DNA of 64,000 nucleotides from a virus (Duplodnaviria > Caudoviricetes). Made by a program: the position numbers and the translations under genes. Location: the IMG/VR virus record IMGVR_UViG_3300000510_000016, positions 1-64,000 of that record; one strand, written 5' to 3'. Of this stretch, positions 60,485 to 64,000 are shown piece after piece (within the stretch, counting starts at the first letter, position 1; each line of letters begins with the position of its first letter). The notes under the pieces are model-generated. The model was not told the DNA's origin. It worked only from the letters and a program-made list of their open reading frames with translations, and ran no database searches.

Positions 60485-61582
60485 ATGGAAACTTATAAAA
60501 TACAACAGTGACATTTAGGTGTTGCTGTTTTTTATTGTCTTAGGTATAATAATCAAACACTAATTTCAGTGTATTCAGGATAGCAATTATGGTATTTAAT
60601 AAAGAGTTAAGCTTAGACAATAAAGAGTATTACAAATATGTCTTAGAGGCTAATAGCTTTGAAAGGTTAGAATTATATAAACAACATGGCGCTGCATCAG
60701 TAGATAATACAAGCAGATTAGTTCATGTTGGAAATATAGGAGGCATGGAACAGTACCCTGTTTGGGTTCAAGTCAGTGTAGACCACTACGAAAACTACAA
60801 GTACATCTCTATAGAGGCAACAGGCGTATATGCTGATTGGAATTTAATTAAGAGGTGGATAACTTTTCATTTTACAGATGCTAAACTAATAGACTGTAGT
60901 GATTTTAACCAGATAATTAATAGCTCTAGAGGAATATAATATGAACAAAGACACCCTAGTCCTAGAGAAGATAACAGACAAGAGTACCAAGCTGATTAAA
61001 AGTAAGATAGAGCTATATGCTAACAATGATGGTAAGGTGTACTTATCACTCCCTACAGTAACACATGAGCTTATGTATAATGAGGTAATAACATTTGATT
61101 CAAGAGGTTTTTTATATTGCTGTATAGATAAAGATAGTAAGAGTAAGGTGTTATTCCCACTATCAGATAGCCAAGTAGGTAAGGCAGAGGATTTCTTTGG
61201 CTATTGGACAGACAAGAGGTTGTTAGAGCTTAAGCAAGCTAAGTGGAATAGTTTCTGTGAGTATTGGCAGATAGTGTTTAAGTTTGTTGAGGATAATATT
61301 GACTTAGCTAATAATGTCACTTATGAATATCACTTTAGTCACTTTGATTACGGAGACGGTGATGTATTTAATCACTTTGACATACGTTTAGGAGAAAATT
61401 ACTTTGGTAGCAAAGATGAGATGGGAATCGAATATTATAATCCATATTTTGAATTAAACGATGAGTTAGAAGAGCTTCTTATTGACAGATACTTGAAGGA
61501 CGATGAAGGTCTAAGATGGTTTAGTGGAATACACGTACAATTCAAACCATAAATATAATTAGCAATACAGTATAATAACAAC

Positions 61583-61614
61583 AGCTCTCATACTAAGTGT
61601 ATTGAGGGCTTTTT
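61583..61614 (+). terminator. Rho-independent terminator ending the rightward block
   Basis: GCTCTCA...TGAGGGC followed by TTTTT. Confidence 0.7.
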
Positions 61615-61887
61615 CATGTCTTGAGTAAAGTAACAGTGATAGTAGTAGATATAATAGAAATACCATAGTCGTGAGCTAATAGAATACCACCTAGAAACGA
61701 TTGTAATACATTTCTGACCCAAGTATAGCTGAACACATTACGTAAGGTTTAAACGGTAACATACAAGAATATAACAATAAGCATAGAATTGATTATGTTC
61801 GAGGTAAACTGCATTATATTGATTATTACAGATAACAAAAAACACACAAAACCGTTAAGTAATGTGTGTTTGGTAAGGATATAAAGG

Positions 61888-63280
61888 TTATTCTACGTAA
61901 GTGATAACTGCTAAGTGATTTTCTAACCCCTCTAACCTCTCTTGGAATATTGGAATCAAATCTCTAGTTCCAGACTTTCTAATAGTTTCTTTTAATTCAG
62001 TAATAGCATCCTCTAAAGCTCTTGTAGTGTATCCTGATGTAGCGATATAGGATTTCAATACTTTTTCATCGTTATGGTCATTCATAAACTTCTTCCTTTT
62101 TAATCGTCATTACCAATAATATATAAACATTCATCAAGTTTTTCTAGGCGCTTGTTTAGCATATCCAGCAAACCACTATCCTTAGTTTTCTCAATATCTT
62201 TTCTTAAACAATCTCTGGCTTCTATTATTGCATCTATAGTGTAGCAAGACACCTCTCTATAAGCTTGTAGTGTATCCTCTGTTGAATGTAACATATCAAT
62301 ACCCTCTGCTTTTCTTGATAAATTGATTCGCATATTTAGCTTGTCTTTCCTTGACCATTTGAACATGCTCTTTAGTGTACCCTGTCTCATCCAAAGGAAA
62401 CCACTCGTTAGAGGTCAGGTATTCCCCATCCACTACGATTACCTTATAAGCCTTGTTGTCGTGGATTTGGTACACGTTTCCTTTGGCTGTTCTGTAGTCT
62501 GGCACATCAAAAGCAGCTTGCGTAGATGTTGTAGATAATAATACAGTAGCTAACAATAACATTAAACGATTCATATCTAATCCCTTATTCATGGTCTGCA
62601 ATGTAAGCTTTAGCCATCTCATTCTCAACACTACCAAATGTATTAAAGTGTTCACAGATATCAATAATCATGTTCTCCACTTCAACAATATCAAACTCTA
62701 GCACGTTATCATCTTGGTCATAGTAATCTACATGGAAAGCATCAATCTCTACAGTGTCAGTACGGTTATTCCAAGACATATCAACATCTAATTCCATGTA
62801 ACTCTCATCTTTAAAGTATACAGTCATACTAGCATCATATTGACTGAAAGATGGTTTTGATACTTCGTAAGATTCTGTGATTAAGTTTTTCATAGTGGTA
62901 TTCCTTATTAAGAGTATTTGTTGTTTCGATATGAGTATAATAGCAAAGGGGTATAAGATTGTCAAACACTATTTTAAAATAGATTAGATATAATTTAGGC
63001 AAAAGAAATCCCCTACCAACATTACGTCAGTAGGGGTTAATATATTAAAAATACTTTATTCAGATTCTAATTCAAGTTCATCTTCTTTAAACCACACCCA
63101 AACATCATCAAACTCTCCAATCTGGTATCCTAGCTTACCTTTATACCACACCTCACCTAAAGCCATAGCTGTATGAGTGATAGTGATAACCTCTCCGAAG
63201 TAATTAGAATTATAATTGATTACCTCAGCAGAAGTGTAAGGGGTTAATTCCACCTCTTGTTTACTTAGATTATTTTTCAT
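61888..63280 (-). other. Five small leftward ORFs, including a secreted protein (real start 62574) and an acidic protein (real start 62893)
   Basis: SD-preceded ATGs; MNRLMLLLATVLLSTTSTQA/A signal peptide. Confidence 0.65.
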
Positions 63281-63288
63281 GTTATTCC

Positions 63289-64000
63289 TTAAAATGATTT
63301 CATACGATTATTGTAGTCAAAGTTATTGCAAGTGTTATTGTTTAGCAAGTGACGGTATTGAATCCAACCAGTGAAGTTGCCACTACATAACTCACCACTA
63401 CGTTTCATGTGAGTGACTCCATCTTCCCAAGTTACAGGTGATTGTTCATTTACCATCATACCTTTATTGGTATAGTGAGTGGGTTTAGCTACGTGTTCAA
63501 ATGGGCTACTATGTAAGTTCTCTGCATTAATCAGCATATCAAAAATCTTATCTGCTTTATCTAGGGTCATGTTTTCAGTACGATAACTAACAGCAGCACA
63601 TGAAGCTACAGAAATCTTGATAGCATCTTCTAGTGTAATACCATCGCCCTCTGTATATTCAATACTATCTACATAGGGTAAATGCCATTGACCTGCTTTG
63701 AGAGTCTTAGGTGAACTGTCTTGCATAGCATTAAACATCTTATCAGCTAACATCACTAGCTCTGGTTGGGCATCTTTATCAATACGTAAGTTAAAGAAGT
63801 TATCCCATTCAGTAGCAGTAACCACCACTTTCATCATTTGGTAAGGTTCAGTAAGACGGTTAGCAATCTGTTTATGTAAGCCCAACTTAGTTAAAAGATT
63901 TACAGTTGATTTAACTCCTATAAAGCTATTTTTCCAAAACCTCAAAGCAGGTTCTTTATCTTCAATCTCCTCTACAGCTTGCATACCACTTTTATTACGA
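63289..64000 (-). CDS. ThyX-like (FAD-dependent thymidylate synthase family) protein, 5'-truncated by the window edge
   Basis: Frame open to 64000 (..RNKSGMQA..); LHKQIANRLTEPY, ATEWDNFFNLR..DAQPE, SCAAVSY and HSSPFEH motifs. Confidence 0.75.
   Translation of the reverse strand, partial: RNKSGMQAVEEIEDKEPALRFWKNSFIGVKSTVNLLTKLGLHKQIANRLTEPYQMMKVVVTATEWDNFFNLRIDKDAQPELVMLADKMFNAMQDSSPKTLKAGQWHLPYVDSIEYTEGDGITLEDAIKISVASCAAVSYRTENMTLDKADKIFDMLINAENLHSSPFEHVAKPTHYTNKGMMVNEQSPVTWEDGVTHMKRSGELCSGNFTGWIQYRHLLNNNTCNNFDYNNRMKSF

Larger units (their letters stand above)
57400..61552 (+). other. Array of small hypothetical ORFs with several sigma70 promoters
   Basis: Contiguous plus-strand ORFs; TATAAT boxes at about 57367, 58509 and 60545. 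Confidence 0.7.

Noticed and set aside
1-64000. Genome-wide TAG reassignment
   Set aside because: Long genes are uninterrupted under the standard code, TAG ends ordinary genes (e.g. 40141, 42178), and there is no suppressor tRNA in the window.
1-64000. Prophage / temperate lifestyle
   Set aside because: No integrase, att-like junction, CI/Cro pair or flanking host genes were seen in this window.

Overview
The whole window is part of a lytic, AT-rich, contractile-tailed dsDNA phage genome. I saw no integrase, repressor cassette, CRISPR array or host housekeeping operon. Layout: (i) 1-27.55 kb, minus strand, a complete morphogenesis operon of the PAK_P1/Felix-O1/Saclayvirus-like type: terS, HNH, terL, portal, S49 protease/scaffold, decoration, major capsid, neck, collagen-like protein, two sheath paralogues, three tube-fold paralogues, tail chaperones, tape measure, baseplate, fibres, and a holin plus GH19 endolysin. 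It is preceded by groES, a tRNA(CAT) flanked by structured non-coding sequence, and a secreted RlpA-like lytic transglycosylase. (ii) 28.5-45.0 kb, plus strand: SF2-helicase-like gene, DNA methyltransferase, dCMP deaminase, DUF3310, AP2-HNH, outer-membrane beta-barrel, MazG-like, STAS-like and many small ORFs. (iii) 45.7-52.1 kb, minus strand: a promoter-dense block of small, often acidic early genes bounded by odd non-coding junctions, a candidate long terminal repeat. (iv) 53.8-61.5 kb, plus strand: a second helicase-like gene, two more methyltransferases, YopX-like and AP2-HNH genes. (v) 61.9-64 kb, minus strand, ending in a truncated ThyX-like gene. A Moraxellaceae host (Psychrobacter/Acinetobacter) is a guess from the fibre N-terminus and endolysin type. 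Most interesting observations: the duplicated sheath gene with an apparent ATT start at an in-frame TAG; the pseudoknot-capable RNA starting right after the tRNA CCA; twin modules of AT-rich region + helicase-like gene + MTase with a shared upstream motif; a phage-encoded OMP; an M15 peptidase inserted in the baseplate hub; and apparent GATC elimination despite a Dam-family gene. All family assignments are from motif recognition by eye, not database searches.
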